Assembly: GCA_044869275.1 (NCBI GenBank)
Contig: JBIOXB010000203.1
Span: 1-38,497 of the forward strand
Reading direction: 5' to 3'
Origin: a bacterium
Lineage (GTDB): Bacteria > Zhuqueibacterota > Zhuqueibacteria > Zhuqueibacterales > Zhuqueibacteraceae
DNA length: 38,497 bases
Made by a program: the position numbers and the translations under genes. Shown here piece after piece: positions 1 to 8,979 of this stretch (the first letter of the stretch is position 1; each line of letters begins with the position of its first letter). The notes below the pieces were generated by a model. It saw only the letters and a program-made list of their open reading frames with translations, made no database searches and had not been told where the DNA came from.

Positions 1-507
1 CATTGAAACTCAACATTTCCAGCGAAAACAGTTTTTTGGCCAAGATGAGAAGTACCCCAAAGCACGAAGTGCATTGAAACAGCTGGAGCCCATGTCGTCA
101 CCGGTTCTGCGAGGAGCAGGATGAGAAGTACCCCAAAGCACGAAGTGCATTGAAACAGTTCCACGGGGAGCTCAGCTGGCATGAATTGGATGAGAAGTAC
201 CCCAAAGCACGAAGTGCATTGAAACATGTTTATCACCTCCTTTCGGTTGGTTATAGGGGATGAGAAGTACCCCAAAGCACGAAGTGCATTGAAACCCCCA
301 ACGGCGCTGAACTTCAAAATCTGGCATGTACGATGAGAAGTACCCCAAAGCACGAAGTGCATTGAAACGCACGCCATTGAGCTCATGCAGCATATTCTGC
401 GATGAGAAGTACCCCAAAGCACGAAGTGCATTGAAACACGGCAACGAACTGTGGCGATACCTCCTGGTACGATGAGAAGTACCCCAAAGCACGAAGTGCA
501 TTGAAAC
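1..507 (+). CRISPR. CRISPR array, trailer end (continues left of the window); repeat GATGAGAAGTACCCCAAAGCACGAAGTGCATTGAAAC
   Basis: Partial repeat at 1-9 and seven identical 37-bp repeats at 44-80, 120-156, 189-225, 259-295, 332-368, 401-437, 471-507. Seven unique spacers of 32-39 bp. The GCAC-GAA-GTGC hairpin and 3' ATTGAAAC are typical of Cas6-processed type I/III repeats, which suggests + orientation. Confidence 0.98.
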
Positions 508-511
508 GATG

Positions 512-988
512 TTTGTCCGTGGTCAGTTGTTCGTTGTCAATTTGGTTGTGACCCTTCAAAGGTGTGAGTTCACCCAGACCACGAACGACGGACAACTGAC
601 CAACAACCACTGACTACCGAAGGGGAAAGAAAATGGGGAAAACAAATTGTGCGCGCGGCAGACAGTGTTGGAGCGAATATTGCTGAAGGAGTGGGGAGAG
701 GAAGCTTCCAAGATAATCGTCGTTTTGTGAGAATCGCGAGGGGTTCTTTGTATGAAACCAAGCACTTTCTGCGTCGTGTTTACAAGCGGCAGCTTTTGAC
801 ACGCGAGCAAGTAAATAGCCTCAAGCCAATTGTTGATGAGTTGGCACCCAGCTTAAACGCCTATTTGCGTTCCATTGGCGACGTCCCAGAGAAGAAAACG
901 AGCAATGGAAATAAATCAAATCAGAACTGAATCATGGTCTTCCATTTCCCAGACCACGACCCACGGACAACTGACCACTGACCAACCA
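512..988 (+). mobile_element. Heptamer-repeat-flanked four-helix-bundle cassette inside the CRISPR trailer
   Basis: 30-bp direct repeats at 573-602 and 948-977 (2 mismatches) flank the gene. An inverted arm at ~514-536 (TGTCCGTGGTCAGTTGTTCGTTG) is complementary to both copies. Confidence 0.6.
633..930 (+). pseudogene. Four helix bundle protein (23S rRNA-IVP/Avd-like family), N-terminal part deleted and frameshifted
   Basis: GKQIVRAADSVGANIAEGVGRGSFQDNRRFVRIARGSLYET matches the family signature (QxxRAxxSxxxNIAEG...ARGSxxE). The purine-rich RBS and ATG at 633 (ATG GGG AAA) are out of frame with the body, and the usual first helix is absent. GTG at 649 could give a 93-aa truncated product. Confidence 0.8.
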
Positions 989-1010
989 AAGTACCCCAAA
1001 GCACGAAGTG
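989..1010 (+). CRISPR. Truncated terminal CRISPR repeat
   Basis: AAGTACCCCAAAGCACGAAGTG is an exact match to repeat positions 7-28, 481 bp after the last full repeat. Confidence 0.9.
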
Positions 1011-1031
1011 GGTTTAGAGATCAGCTCCCAG

Positions 1032-1088
1032 CCGTGTAATGGCGGGAGAAAGCTTTCGTGGGGGATTACACGACCGTGTAATGGCGGG
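1032..1088. repeat. REP-like repeat (CCGTGTAATGGCGGG twice, with inverted ATTACACG between)
   Basis: Direct copies at 1032-1046 and 1074-1088; 1065-1072 is complementary to 1033-1040. Confidence 0.6.
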
Positions 1089-1089
1089 C

Positions 1090-1365
1090 TGTGTATTCCG
1101 GCCCAAACCTGCCACCCGTTCCGGTGAAAACTGCCACCGATTCCGGACGAAAACTGCCACCCATTCCGGCTGAAACCTGCCACATGACCCCTTCCTTGTT
1201 TTGATTTCACGCTTTCATCTGATGATGGTGAACATTTAACTTCTTCCCTTTTGTCCATGGAATAACAGCGCAGGGAGGAAGTGCAATGCCCATGAGGAAA
1301 ATTGCGATAGAGAGTACGCGAAATCCTTCGCCTCAAAGAACAATGCGATCTCACGCAACGTGCGC
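1090..1365 (+). mobile_element. istA: IS21-family left end with frameshifted istA 5' remnant
   Basis: Starts TG and has four ~22-bp subterminal repeats (TTCCGGnnnAAAmCTGCCAC, ~1095-1183). GGAGG RBS and ATG at 1286 give MPMRKIA, then in a shifted frame VREILRLKEQCDLTQRA, like the IstA N-terminal HTH (MRKIREVLRL). No istB or right end seen. Confidence 0.8.
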
Positions 1366-1655
1366 GGCCGAGTACGATCGCGATCGTAATTCGGTTGCGC
1401 CCTATGGTGGTTACCCACCCCTCGCGTATTCCTCGGCCGGTTACCTCGCCAGGCATGCCGGCTTCCGCTTCCCCGAGGCTTTTTGGTTTTGTTCCCTATG
1501 GGTATGACGCATCAGGTCATGTTCGAAAGGGCAAACTCATCAACTCGTAATTCATTTGCTTCACATCATTTTTTTTCTAAATTCAAGCGTGGTTCTTCAG
1601 TCCCGTAAACTTTGGGAGTTTGGCACAGTGGTTGTCTATTCGATCGAGGCCGAAA

Positions 1656-1901
1656 ATGGGCTTAACAATTCCTGATGAAATTATTCACTCAACGCGAATG
1701 TCCATCCCCGAGTTGAAACAAGAAATCGCCGTCATGCTTTTTGAGAAACAGAAGCTTTCGATGGAGCAGGCTAGTAAATTGGCAGAAATGAGCATACCCC
1801 AATTTCAACACCTGCTTGCGAGCCGACAAGTCCCTATCCACTATGGCGTTGAAGATTTTGAACAAGATTTGGAAACATTAAGGGAAATGAAGAGGCTGTG
1901 A
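1656..1901 (+). CDS. UPF0175 family protein (predicted antitoxin)
   Basis: 81 aa; ELKQEIAVMLFEKQKLSMEQASKLAEMS...FQHLLASRQVPIHY...FEQDL fits the UPF0175 pattern. GAGG RBS before ATG 1656; overlaps the next gene at GTGA. Confidence 0.85.
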   Translation: MGLTIPDEIIHSTRMSIPELKQEIAVMLFEKQKLSMEQASKLAEMSIPQFQHLLASRQVPIHYGVEDFEQDLETLREMKRL

Positions 1902-2118
1902 TAGTTGTGAGTAATACCTCGCCGGTCGTGAATCTCGCCGCTATCGGTCAGTTGCCCTTGTTATCAGCCCTCTATCAAAGTATTATTGTTCTCATCGAGG
2001 CAAAACATAAGGAATGGTCGACCACGTAAAACCGTTGCTGGATGATTTAAGGATTCGGGCCGGTTTTTGGATTGATAATAGATTGTATACCAGGATACTT
2101 CAAACTGTTGCAGAATAA
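1898..2118 (+). pseudogene. DUF3368 (PIN-like) protein, internally deleted and frameshifted
   Basis: N-terminal MIVVSNTSPVVNLAAIGQLPLLSALYQSIIV is joined directly to C-terminal LIEAKHK, then after a frameshift MVDHVKPLLDDLRIRAGFWIDNRLYTRILQTVAE*. The central region is missing. Confidence 0.8.
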
Positions 2119-2314
2119 GAGATCACGGTCAGTCATTCCAGTTTCAAATCTAAATTGTACTGCCAACCTCAGCCTACAGGGATTGCTGCGGCAGCACCAC
2201 GAAATTCCTTTGTTCTAGATTAAAGCTGCTCATCAGTTTGCAGAAAAAATCCAGAGCTTTCAACCTGAGATATCGAAGTTAAATTCTGAGCTTAAGAGAC
2301 TAATCGCATAACGA

Positions 2315-2569
2315 ATGAATTTTATAACCCTCATCGGCTTGGTTGCGGCAACTTTAACCACGGCTTCCTTCATACCGCAAGTCATCAAAAGCTGGAAAAA
2401 CAAATCTGCAAAAGATCTGTCTCTGGGCATGTTTGTGCTCTTCTGCAGCGGCGTGTTGCTATGGCTCGTTTATGGCATTTTGAACAAAGATGCCCCGATC
2501 ATTTTGAGCAACACCGTCACCCTCGTTTTATCACTGACCATCATCATTCTGAAAATAAGGTATGGCTGA
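2315..2569 (+). CDS. SemiSWEET sugar transporter (PQ-loop)
   Basis: 84 aa, three hydrophobic helices; TTASFIPQVIKSWK...DLS...WLVYG...N motifs. Confidence 0.93.
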   Translation: MNFITLIGLVAATLTTASFIPQVIKSWKNKSAKDLSLGMFVLFCSGVLLWLVYGILNKDAPIILSNTVTLVLSLTIIILKIRYG

Positions 2570-3263
2570 GATCTCAACAGTTTCCTCCACGAACCTCCCG
2601 ACCAACTCTGTCCAAGCCGTTCTTTTCGATCTCGATGGCGTGATCATCGACTCGGAACCTCTGCACGTCAAAGCCCTGCAAGCAACTTGTCAATATTTCG
2701 GTTTCACCCTGCGCGAGCAGGATATCGTCAATTTCAAAGGATGGACCGAAGCCAAAGTTGCCAGCCATTTTATTCAAGGTCATGCCACGGCAAGCAGCCC
2801 CTTCAACGCTTTCATCGCGCACAAAAGCCAAATCTATTCCCGGCTGATTCGTGACGAGCTGACGCTGATCGAGGGCGTGGTTGATTTTATGCAATTCTGT
2901 CGCGCTAAGAAATTACGCCTTGCCCTCACCACCTCTGCTCTCGCGGAAAACACCGCAAGCGTGCTCAAAAAATTTCAGCTCGCGGGATTCTTCGAGGCCA
3001 TCGTTACCGGCCAGGACGTGGCGAACAGTAAGCCGCATCCCGAGCCTTATCTCAAAACGGCCCAGAAGCTTCAAATTCACCCGCATCATTGTCTCGTGAT
3101 CGAAGACTCAATCCACGGCGTGCGCTCCGGGAAATCGGCCGGTTGCCGTGTGGCCGGCATTACCACTTCCTTTGCGCGGCGTGATCTCGAAGCCGCCGGC
3201 GCCGACCTCGTCATCGACACATTTGCAGAAGCTCGGAACCGGCTGTTCAAAACCCTCGATTAG
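2562..3263 (+). CDS. HAD family phosphatase (beta-phosphoglucomutase-like)
   Basis: DLDGVIIDSE motif I, TS motif II, KPHPEPY and IEDS motifs; overlaps SemiSWEET. Confidence 0.92.
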   Translation: MAEISTVSSTNLPTNSVQAVLFDLDGVIIDSEPLHVKALQATCQYFGFTLREQDIVNFKGWTEAKVASHFIQGHATASSPFNAFIAHKSQIYSRLIRDELTLIEGVVDFMQFCRAKKLRLALTTSALAENTASVLKKFQLAGFFEAIVTGQDVANSKPHPEPYLKTAQKLQIHPHHCLVIEDSIHGVRSGKSAGCRVAGITTSFARRDLEAAGADLVIDTFAEARNRLFKTLD

Positions 3264-3301
3264 CCGGGTGGTGATACTCCCGCCGGGATAAACCGATCTA
3301 A

Positions 3302-3432
3302 CGGGTCGCTGAAAAACATTTTTTGATGTCATGCCCGCGAAGGCGGGCATCCAGAAAATGCAAGGAAGTCATGGATTCCCGCTTTCGCGGGAATGACAAT
3401 TTTGGGTGATTTGTGAGTTTTTCAGCAACCTG
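3302..3432. mobile_element. MITE family A copy 1 with internal REP-like palindrome
   Basis: Ends CGGGTCGCTGAAAAA and TTTTTCAGCAACCTG, flanked by CTAA/CCAA. Core is GTCATGCCCGCGAAGGCGGGCATCCA...TGGATTCCCGCTTTCGCGGGAATGAC. Homologous to 8787-8925 and 28976-29106. Confidence 0.8.
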
Positions 3433-3532
3433 CCAAACGTACTCTTGCCTGCAACAGTTCTGACTTTTCTTCGAATAACACCCAGCACCAAGTCACAATC
3501 CCTGCCAACTCACAAAAAAAGGAGCATCGCCC

Positions 3533-4438
3533 ATGGCCTTGAAGCGAATGTTTGTGTTGGGATCGAAGATCTTCGCCCTGACGATCATCATGTTTTTGTG
3601 TTTTGCCGTTGCGGCGGGGGTCGTGAAACCGCCGGCTGGCTCAGAACAAACTACCTCAGAACAAAGTAGCACCGCGCTGCTTTTGTTGCTCATCTGTTTC
3701 TTGACTACAAGCGTGCTTTCTTATATCATTCTTCGTTCTCGTTGGGCGGGCTGGAAATTGATGGCAACGGTCTTTGTCATATTTTATGGCGTCATGACCG
3801 TCATGACGCAGATCGAGTCGGCGGTATTCATCACGCGACTGCCGGCCGGCATGGTGCCGCGCCTTTTTTTGATGGGAGTGATCATTGCCGCGCCCTTCTC
3901 CGTGTTGGCCGTGCTCATCCTCGGCAAACGCAAACCAACAGCCATACCGGAGGAATCAGACCAGAGATTTTTGATGCCCTTCAATGCATGGGCGTGGAAG
4001 CTGGCCATGCTTGCAGCCGCCTACGTAGTTTTGTATTTCACTTTTGGTTATTTCGTTGCCTGGCAAAATCCAGCGGTGCGCGAATATTACGGCGGCACGG
4101 ATTTCGGCAACTTCTTCGCGCAAATGGGCGCGATGCTGCGCGAACAACCCTGGCTTCTGCCTTTACAACTTTTGCGCGGCTTCATGTGGATTGGATTCGC
4201 GTTGCCGGTGATTCGTATGATGAGGGGGGAAAGGTGGGAAATCGCCTTGGCGGTCGGATTATTGTTCGCGGTGATGAACGCACAACTCTTATTGCCGAAT
4301 CCCTACATGCCCGAATCGGTGCGGATCTCGCATCTGCTCGAAACAGCCCCCTCGAATTTCATCTTTGGAGGGCTGGTGGGATGGTTTCTCTATCCCTCCG
4401 CACGCGATTCGGTTGCCGTGGCCACGTCGCGGGCATAA
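3533..4438 (+). CDS. Hypothetical multi-pass membrane protein
   Basis: 301 aa with about eight hydrophobic segments; AAGGAG RBS; family not recognised. Confidence 0.8.
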   Translation: MALKRMFVLGSKIFALTIIMFLCFAVAAGVVKPPAGSEQTTSEQSSTALLLLLICFLTTSVLSYIILRSRWAGWKLMATVFVIFYGVMTVMTQIESAVFITRLPAGMVPRLFLMGVIIAAPFSVLAVLILGKRKPTAIPEESDQRFLMPFNAWAWKLAMLAAAYVVLYFTFGYFVAWQNPAVREYYGGTDFGNFFAQMGAMLREQPWLLPLQLLRGFMWIGFALPVIRMMRGERWEIALAVGLLFAVMNAQLLLPNPYMPESVRISHLLETAPSNFIFGGLVGWFLYPSARDSVAVATSRA

Positions 4439-4464
4439 GGTGAAGTTGCCGGTTTTCGTTTGCC

Positions 4465-5877
4465 TCACGAAAGCATTTTCATGCTATCCGGATCCCACAT
4501 GACCACGCGCTTTTCGATATAGCTATTGTTAGTGAGCAACGCCGGCGCCGCAGCGCGGAAGCCGTACATCGGATCTTCAGTGACCGGCTTGCCCCCACGA
4601 ATGGCATTGAAAAAATTGTAAAAGTGGTCGAGACGATCGTCGTATCCCTCGGGCGCTTTGTATTCGCTTGAGCCCTCGAGGCGGGGCCGGCCGGAGTTCT
4701 TCGCCCGTTCCGCGCGGTATTGTTCCGCAAATTGTTTTTGCGCTGCGCTTGCAAATGTGCGCACGGAATTGTAGCCTTCCAACACGTCTTTCTCACTCTC
4801 TTGATAAATGCCGCGATGCGCCACCTTGACGCCGTCCCCGGCAATGGTCATCGTGCCTTCACTGCCGATAAATCGAATGCCCTCGCCGCTGTCGCTACCG
4901 TCGATGAAATTGGTTGACAACGAAATGGTGAAGGCGGAATGGTTTTCCGTTTTTGGATAATTGTACAAACCTTGAATCACATCGGGCGCATCGCGGCCAT
5001 CTTTCCAATAACGCAGACCGCCGGTGGACATGATCTGCGTGGGCCCTTGCGATCCCAACACGTGATGAATACCGGAAAACAGATGCACGAACAGATCTCC
5101 CGGAATGCCGGTGCCGTAATCATAGTAATTGCGCCATCTAAAAAAGCGCACGGCATCGAAGGGACGTTTGGGCGCCTCGCCGATAAAGCGGTCCCAATCC
5201 AACGTCTGCGGTGAAGCATCCGGAGGAATCGAGTATTGCCACGCGCCAATCGCCGAATTGCGTTTCCAACTGGCTTCCACCATATTGAGCTCGCCGATCG
5301 CGCCGGCATTGTACAGCTCCTTGGCTTTGTCATAAATAAGCGAGCTGACAAACTGGCTCCCCACTTGCAAAACCTTTTTGCTCTTGCGCTGCGCCTCGAT
5401 CACGCGTGCGCCGTCTTCCAGCTTTTGCACCATCGGCTTTTCGCAATAAACGTGCTTGCCCGCTTCCATGGCCTCGATGGAGATTTTCGCATGCCAATGA
5501 TCCGGCGTGGAGACAATCACGGCGTCGATATCAGGACGATTGAGAATCTCGCGATAATCGCGCGTGGTGAAAACCTCTTTGCCAAAAATTTCATTGGCGC
5601 GCACGCGCCGGCCATCATATAAATCAGCCGCAGCCGCCAGCTCGATACCCGGCACCTGCAACGCCGTCTCGGTGTCGATAAAACCGATGATGCCCATGCC
5701 GATGGTGGCGAGGCGAATTTTGTCGCTGGGGGCAATGGCCTCGTTATCGAAATCACGCGAGGGAATCTCTTTGACATTAGCTGAAAATATGGCCGGTAGC
5801 GCACCGGCGGCAAACGCCGAAGTCGCAGCAGCGTGCTTCAGGAAATCTCGACGGGAATAGCTTTGATTGGAATGCAT
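4465..5877 (-). CDS. Tat-exported Gfo/Idh/MocA oxidoreductase
   Basis: SRRDFLK twin-arginine signal; GMGIIG Rossmann motif; STPDHWH, YCEKP, WRNYYDYGTG and DLFVH motifs. Confidence 0.93.
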   Translation of the reverse strand: MHSNQSYSRRDFLKHAAATSAFAAGALPAIFSANVKEIPSRDFDNEAIAPSDKIRLATIGMGIIGFIDTETALQVPGIELAAAADLYDGRRVRANEIFGKEVFTTRDYREILNRPDIDAVIVSTPDHWHAKISIEAMEAGKHVYCEKPMVQKLEDGARVIEAQRKSKKVLQVGSQFVSSLIYDKAKELYNAGAIGELNMVEASWKRNSAIGAWQYSIPPDASPQTLDWDRFIGEAPKRPFDAVRFFRWRNYYDYGTGIPGDLFVHLFSGIHHVLGSQGPTQIMSTGGLRYWKDGRDAPDVIQGLYNYPKTENHSAFTISLSTNFIDGSDSGEGIRFIGSEGTMTIAGDGVKVAHRGIYQESEKDVLEGYNSVRTFASAAQKQFAEQYRAERAKNSGRPRLEGSSEYKAPEGYDDRLDHFYNFFNAIRGGKPVTEDPMYGFRAAAPALLTNNSYIEKRVVMWDPDSMKMLS

Positions 5878-5940
5878 GGCCTCTCCTCATCGTTTTCTTT
5901 GAGTTTGCAAATGCGCCGTTCTCCCAGCACTGGGGAAGAT

Positions 5941-6060
5941 TCAGACAGTGTGAAAACTTGGAAATGCCGCACCCTGCGCTTGTCGAAGGGTGCTAAGTTC
6001 AAAAATCCGGCTTCGACAAGCTCAGCCGGCGTTAAAACCAAGCGTTTTCACACAGTCTGA
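5941..6060. mobile_element. MITE family B with REP-like core
   Basis: 17-bp inverted ends TCAGACAGTGTGAAAAC / GTTTTCACACAGTCTGA (1 mismatch); core CTGCGCTTGTCGAAG...CTTCGACAAGCTCAG; second copy at 19884-19977. Confidence 0.8.
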
Positions 6061-6128
6061 TTTCTACGAACAGACCTGCCAAGACAGTGCCGGGCTTTGG
6101 CGGGAAGCTTGAATTGATCAAGCTCATC

Positions 6129-7328
6129 TTATTTTATCACATTTGTAATCTCGCCGGTTCTTTTATGCTTGAGAATGTACTTCGTCACGCCGTCCGGCAT
6201 GCGCTCGCGTTTGATTAGAATCTGGCCTTCAAACTCCTGTGCCGGCGCTTTAATTTTTTCAACTTGTGTTGCGCCGCGCCATACGCCCAGCTCCACCGGC
6301 TCCCATAGCTTGGTGCGCGCCGACTGATAACACGCGTCCAGGATGGCGTTGACGACATAGCCATCGTAAAATGTTTCCCTCGGCGCACTACCGCCGTCCC
6401 ATGCTTCAAACATATCCGCAAACATGTGCACATAGCCAAGCTCATTGATCTCGTCGCCAACGGGAAAGAGCCAGCCGCTTTCGCGCTCGGATTTTTCCGC
6501 AACGTAGCCGCCGCTTTCGCCGCTGGTGAACATTTCAAAGCCGGTGCGGAGAAAATGATTGAGCCAGAGCGTGCCCTGTGTGCCCGAAACTTCGTCGCGT
6601 AAATCCATGCCGCCGCGAAAGGCCCAGCTCACTTCGAATTGGCCTACTGCACCGGTGGCGAATTTGATCAAGCCGATGCCGTGATCTTCCGCTGCAATGG
6701 GATGCACGAGCGTGTCCGTCCAGCACATGGCCTCCACCGGTCTGATCTCTTTGCCGACATAATTGCGGAGAATCTCAACACAATGACAGGCAAGGTCGAT
6801 CAGCGCGCCGCCCCCGGCTTCCTTGGCATCCCAGAACCAGGCGCTGTGCGGGCCAGGATGCGACTCGCGCGAGCGCGCCCACAGAATTTGACCGAGCGCG
6901 CCCTTCTGGATGGCGTCGAGAGATTTGAGCATTTTGGGCGTGTAAACCAAGTCTTCGAGATAGCCGTGAAAGACGCCGGCTTTCTCCACGAGGTCGAGCA
7001 TGCGTCTCGCTTCCTCGGCGTTACGGCCGAGCGGTTTGGTGCACAAAATGGCTTTGCCGGCTTTGGCAGCCAAGCCCACGGCTTCTTCGTGCAAATGATT
7101 GGGCAAGCCGATGACGACGCAATCGGTTTCAGGATCGTTGATGGCTTTCGCAAGATCAATGGTGGGCTTGGGAATTTTCCATTCGCCGGCGAACCTCTGC
7201 GCACGCTCGGCGTTACGAGAATAAACCACGTGCACGCGATCGCGCTTGCGTTGGCTGTGCAGCGTCATCGTGTAAAACCTCCCGATCAAGCCCGTGCCCA
7301 ACATGGTAATCTTGTGGGACTTTTCCAT
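6129..7328 (-). CDS. Gfo/Idh/MocA oxidoreductase (no signal peptide)
   Basis: [29 protein letters not shown]. Start placed at ATG 7328 (MEKSHK) behind AAGGAG. Confidence 0.92.
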   Translation of the reverse strand: MEKSHKITMLGTGLIGRFYTMTLHSQRKRDRVHVVYSRNAERAQRFAGEWKIPKPTIDLAKAINDPETDCVVIGLPNHLHEEAVGLAAKAGKAILCTKPLGRNAEEARRMLDLVEKAGVFHGYLEDLVYTPKMLKSLDAIQKGALGQILWARSRESHPGPHSAWFWDAKEAGGGALIDLACHCVEILRNYVGKEIRPVEAMCWTDTLVHPIAAEDHGIGLIKFATGAVGQFEVSWAFRGGMDLRDEVSGTQGTLWLNHFLRTGFEMFTSGESGGYVAEKSERESGWLFPVGDEINELGYVHMFADMFEAWDGGSAPRETFYDGYVVNAILDACYQSARTKLWEPVELGVWRGATQVEKIKAPAQEFEGQILIKRERMPDGVTKYILKHKRTGEITNVIK

Positions 7329-7438
7329 CTCATTCTCCTTAGTGAAAAGGGCAACACGAATAAGCCACAATAAAATAGATAACACGATTTGGCAATTATG
7401 CAAATTCTTTATTCCAAAGAAATTCTTCCGCGCTGCAC

Positions 7439-7467
7439 TTGACGAAGTCAAAGGATTTGGTTACCAT
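7439..7467 (+). promoter_or_regulatory. Candidate sigma70 promoter for the TIM-barrel gene
   Basis: TTGACG-17 nt-TACCAT in the divergent intergenic region. Confidence 0.45.
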
Positions 7468-7508
7468 TTCGGCGGTGGGTTAATGGAATTTTCGATTGGA
7501 AGTAGAAT

Positions 7509-7564
7509 AATTGACAATTGATAATTGTCAATTGATAATTGTGAATTGTCAATTGATAATTCAT
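7509..7564. repeat. Heptamer tandem repeat (AATTGnn x8)
   Basis: aattgac aattgat aattgtc aattgat aattgtg aattgtc aattgat aattcat; partly self-complementary. Confidence 0.9.
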
Positions 7565-7611
7565 GAAGCTACAATTGTTGAAGGTATCTTATTCCCGAGG
7601 AGGTCGCAGTC

Positions 7612-8607
7612 ATGATCAATCGACGCAACTTCTTGAAGCAATCTGTGCGGCTCGCCGGCAGCGTGGGGTTGGCCGGTTTTGCCGGCCAGGTGTTATGGAG
7701 CTGCTCCGGCTCGGAAGCCGAGAAAAATGCCGGGGCAGGCGGCAGCAGCGCGGCTTCGCCCTTGTTCAAGCTTTCACTGGCGGAGTGGTCGTTGCACAAG
7801 ACGATTTTCGCCGGCCAGATGGACCATCGCGATTTTGCCAAGGCCGCCAAGAACGATTACGGCATCGAGGCGGTTGAGTTCGTCAATCAATTCTTCATGG
7901 ACAAAGCCAAAAACATAGAGTACCTAAACGAGGTTAAGGCGCGCGCCGAGGCGGAAGGCGTGCGCATCCTGCTCATCATGTGTGACGGTGAAGGGCATTT
8001 GGGCGATCCCGATCCGCAAAAGCGCACGCAGGCGGTGGAAAATCATTACAAGTGGGTCGACGCCGCGAAACATTTCGGCTGCCATTCCATTCGCGTCAAT
8101 GCGGCCAGTGAAGGCAGTTTCGAGGAGCAGCAAAAGCTCGCCGCCGATGGCTTGCGCCGCCTGACCGAGTACGGCGCGCAAAATGAAATGAACGTCATCG
8201 TCGAAAATCACGGCGGGATTTCGAGCAACGGCGAGTGGCTGGCGGGCGTGATGAAAATGGTCGATCACCCGCGCTGCGGCACCTTGCCGGACTTCGGGAA
8301 TTTCTGTGTGAGATTCGAGGGCAAAGCCTGGGAAACGCCCTGCGCGGAAATGTACGATCGCTACAAAGGCGTGCAGGAGTTGATGCCCTATGCCAAAGCC
8401 GTCAGCGCGAAATCGCACGAATTTGACGAGAACGGCAACGAGACGCAAACCGATTACAGCCGGATGATGAAGATCGTCGTGGACGCGGGCTATCATGGCC
8501 ACCTCGGCATCGAATACGAAGGTGACAAACTGAGCGAGCCGGATGGGATTCGCGCCACGAAGAACCTGTTGCTGAGGGTTCGCGAAGCCATGGCGAAGGC
8601 GGCGTGA
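7612..8607 (+). CDS. Tat (lipo)protein, sugar phosphate isomerase/epimerase TIM barrel (AP endonuclease 2 fold)
   Basis: NRRNFLK signal with [29 protein letters not shown] and GIEYEG metal-site motifs; GGAGG RBS. Confidence 0.92.
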   Translation: MINRRNFLKQSVRLAGSVGLAGFAGQVLWSCSGSEAEKNAGAGGSSAASPLFKLSLAEWSLHKTIFAGQMDHRDFAKAAKNDYGIEAVEFVNQFFMDKAKNIEYLNEVKARAEAEGVRILLIMCDGEGHLGDPDPQKRTQAVENHYKWVDAAKHFGCHSIRVNAASEGSFEEQQKLAADGLRRLTEYGAQNEMNVIVENHGGISSNGEWLAGVMKMVDHPRCGTLPDFGNFCVRFEGKAWETPCAEMYDRYKGVQELMPYAKAVSAKSHEFDENGNETQTDYSRMMKIVVDAGYHGHLGIEYEGDKLSEPDGIRATKNLLLRVREAMAKAA

Positions 8608-8622
8608 CGCGATCAAGTCGAT

Positions 8623-8731
8623 CTAGGACACTGTTACCATAGTTTTTTGGTCATGGTGAGCGGAGTCGAACCATACCACCCTTCGACTTCGCTCCGGGTG
8701 ACCTTCAAGAATTAAGGTTACAATGCACTAG
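8623..8731. mobile_element. Probable MITE (CTAG-bounded) with REP-like core
   Basis: CTAG at both ends; imperfect inverted ends GACACTGTTACC / GGTTACAATGCA; core GGTCATGGTGAGCGGAGTCGAA...TTCGACTTCGCTCCGGGTGACC. Confidence 0.55.
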
Positions 8732-8786
8732 GACAGCCAACCCGTGGCTTTTCTCATGATGCCGGTAAAGCGGTTGGCTGTTCTAG

Positions 8787-8925
8787 CAGGATGCTGAAAA
8801 ACTCTTTTAATTCTCTTGCCCCCGAAAGCGGGTATCCAGAAAAGCCAACAAATTCATTGATTCCTCCCGCAGCGGCGGGACGGGAATGACGAATCAGAGC
8901 AACTCGAGGCTTTTTCAGCATCCTG
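8787..8925. mobile_element. MITE family A copy 2
   Basis: Perfect 15-bp TIR CAGGATGCTGAAAAA / TTTTTCAGCATCCTG with CTAG on both sides. Confidence 0.88.
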
Positions 8926-8979
8926 CTAGAAATTCCTCTCTCATAAAGAGACGGCGGAGAACCTCATCAGATCAGCGCC

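Noticed and set aside
172..610. Minus-strand ORFs with repeated peptides
   Set aside because: They are translations of the CRISPR repeats.
649..930. Avd of a diversity-generating retroelement
   Set aside because: No reverse transcriptase and no TR/VR pair with adenine-specific mismatches seen in the window.
1095..1183. Four ~22-bp repeats as a second mini-CRISPR or iterons
   Set aside because: No spacers; the TG start and the following istA-like remnant fit an IS21 end.
1528..1560. GGGCAAACTCATC resembling a c-di-GMP-I riboswitch start
   Set aside because: Lacks the following GAAA-loop stem and GACGCAAAGC elements.
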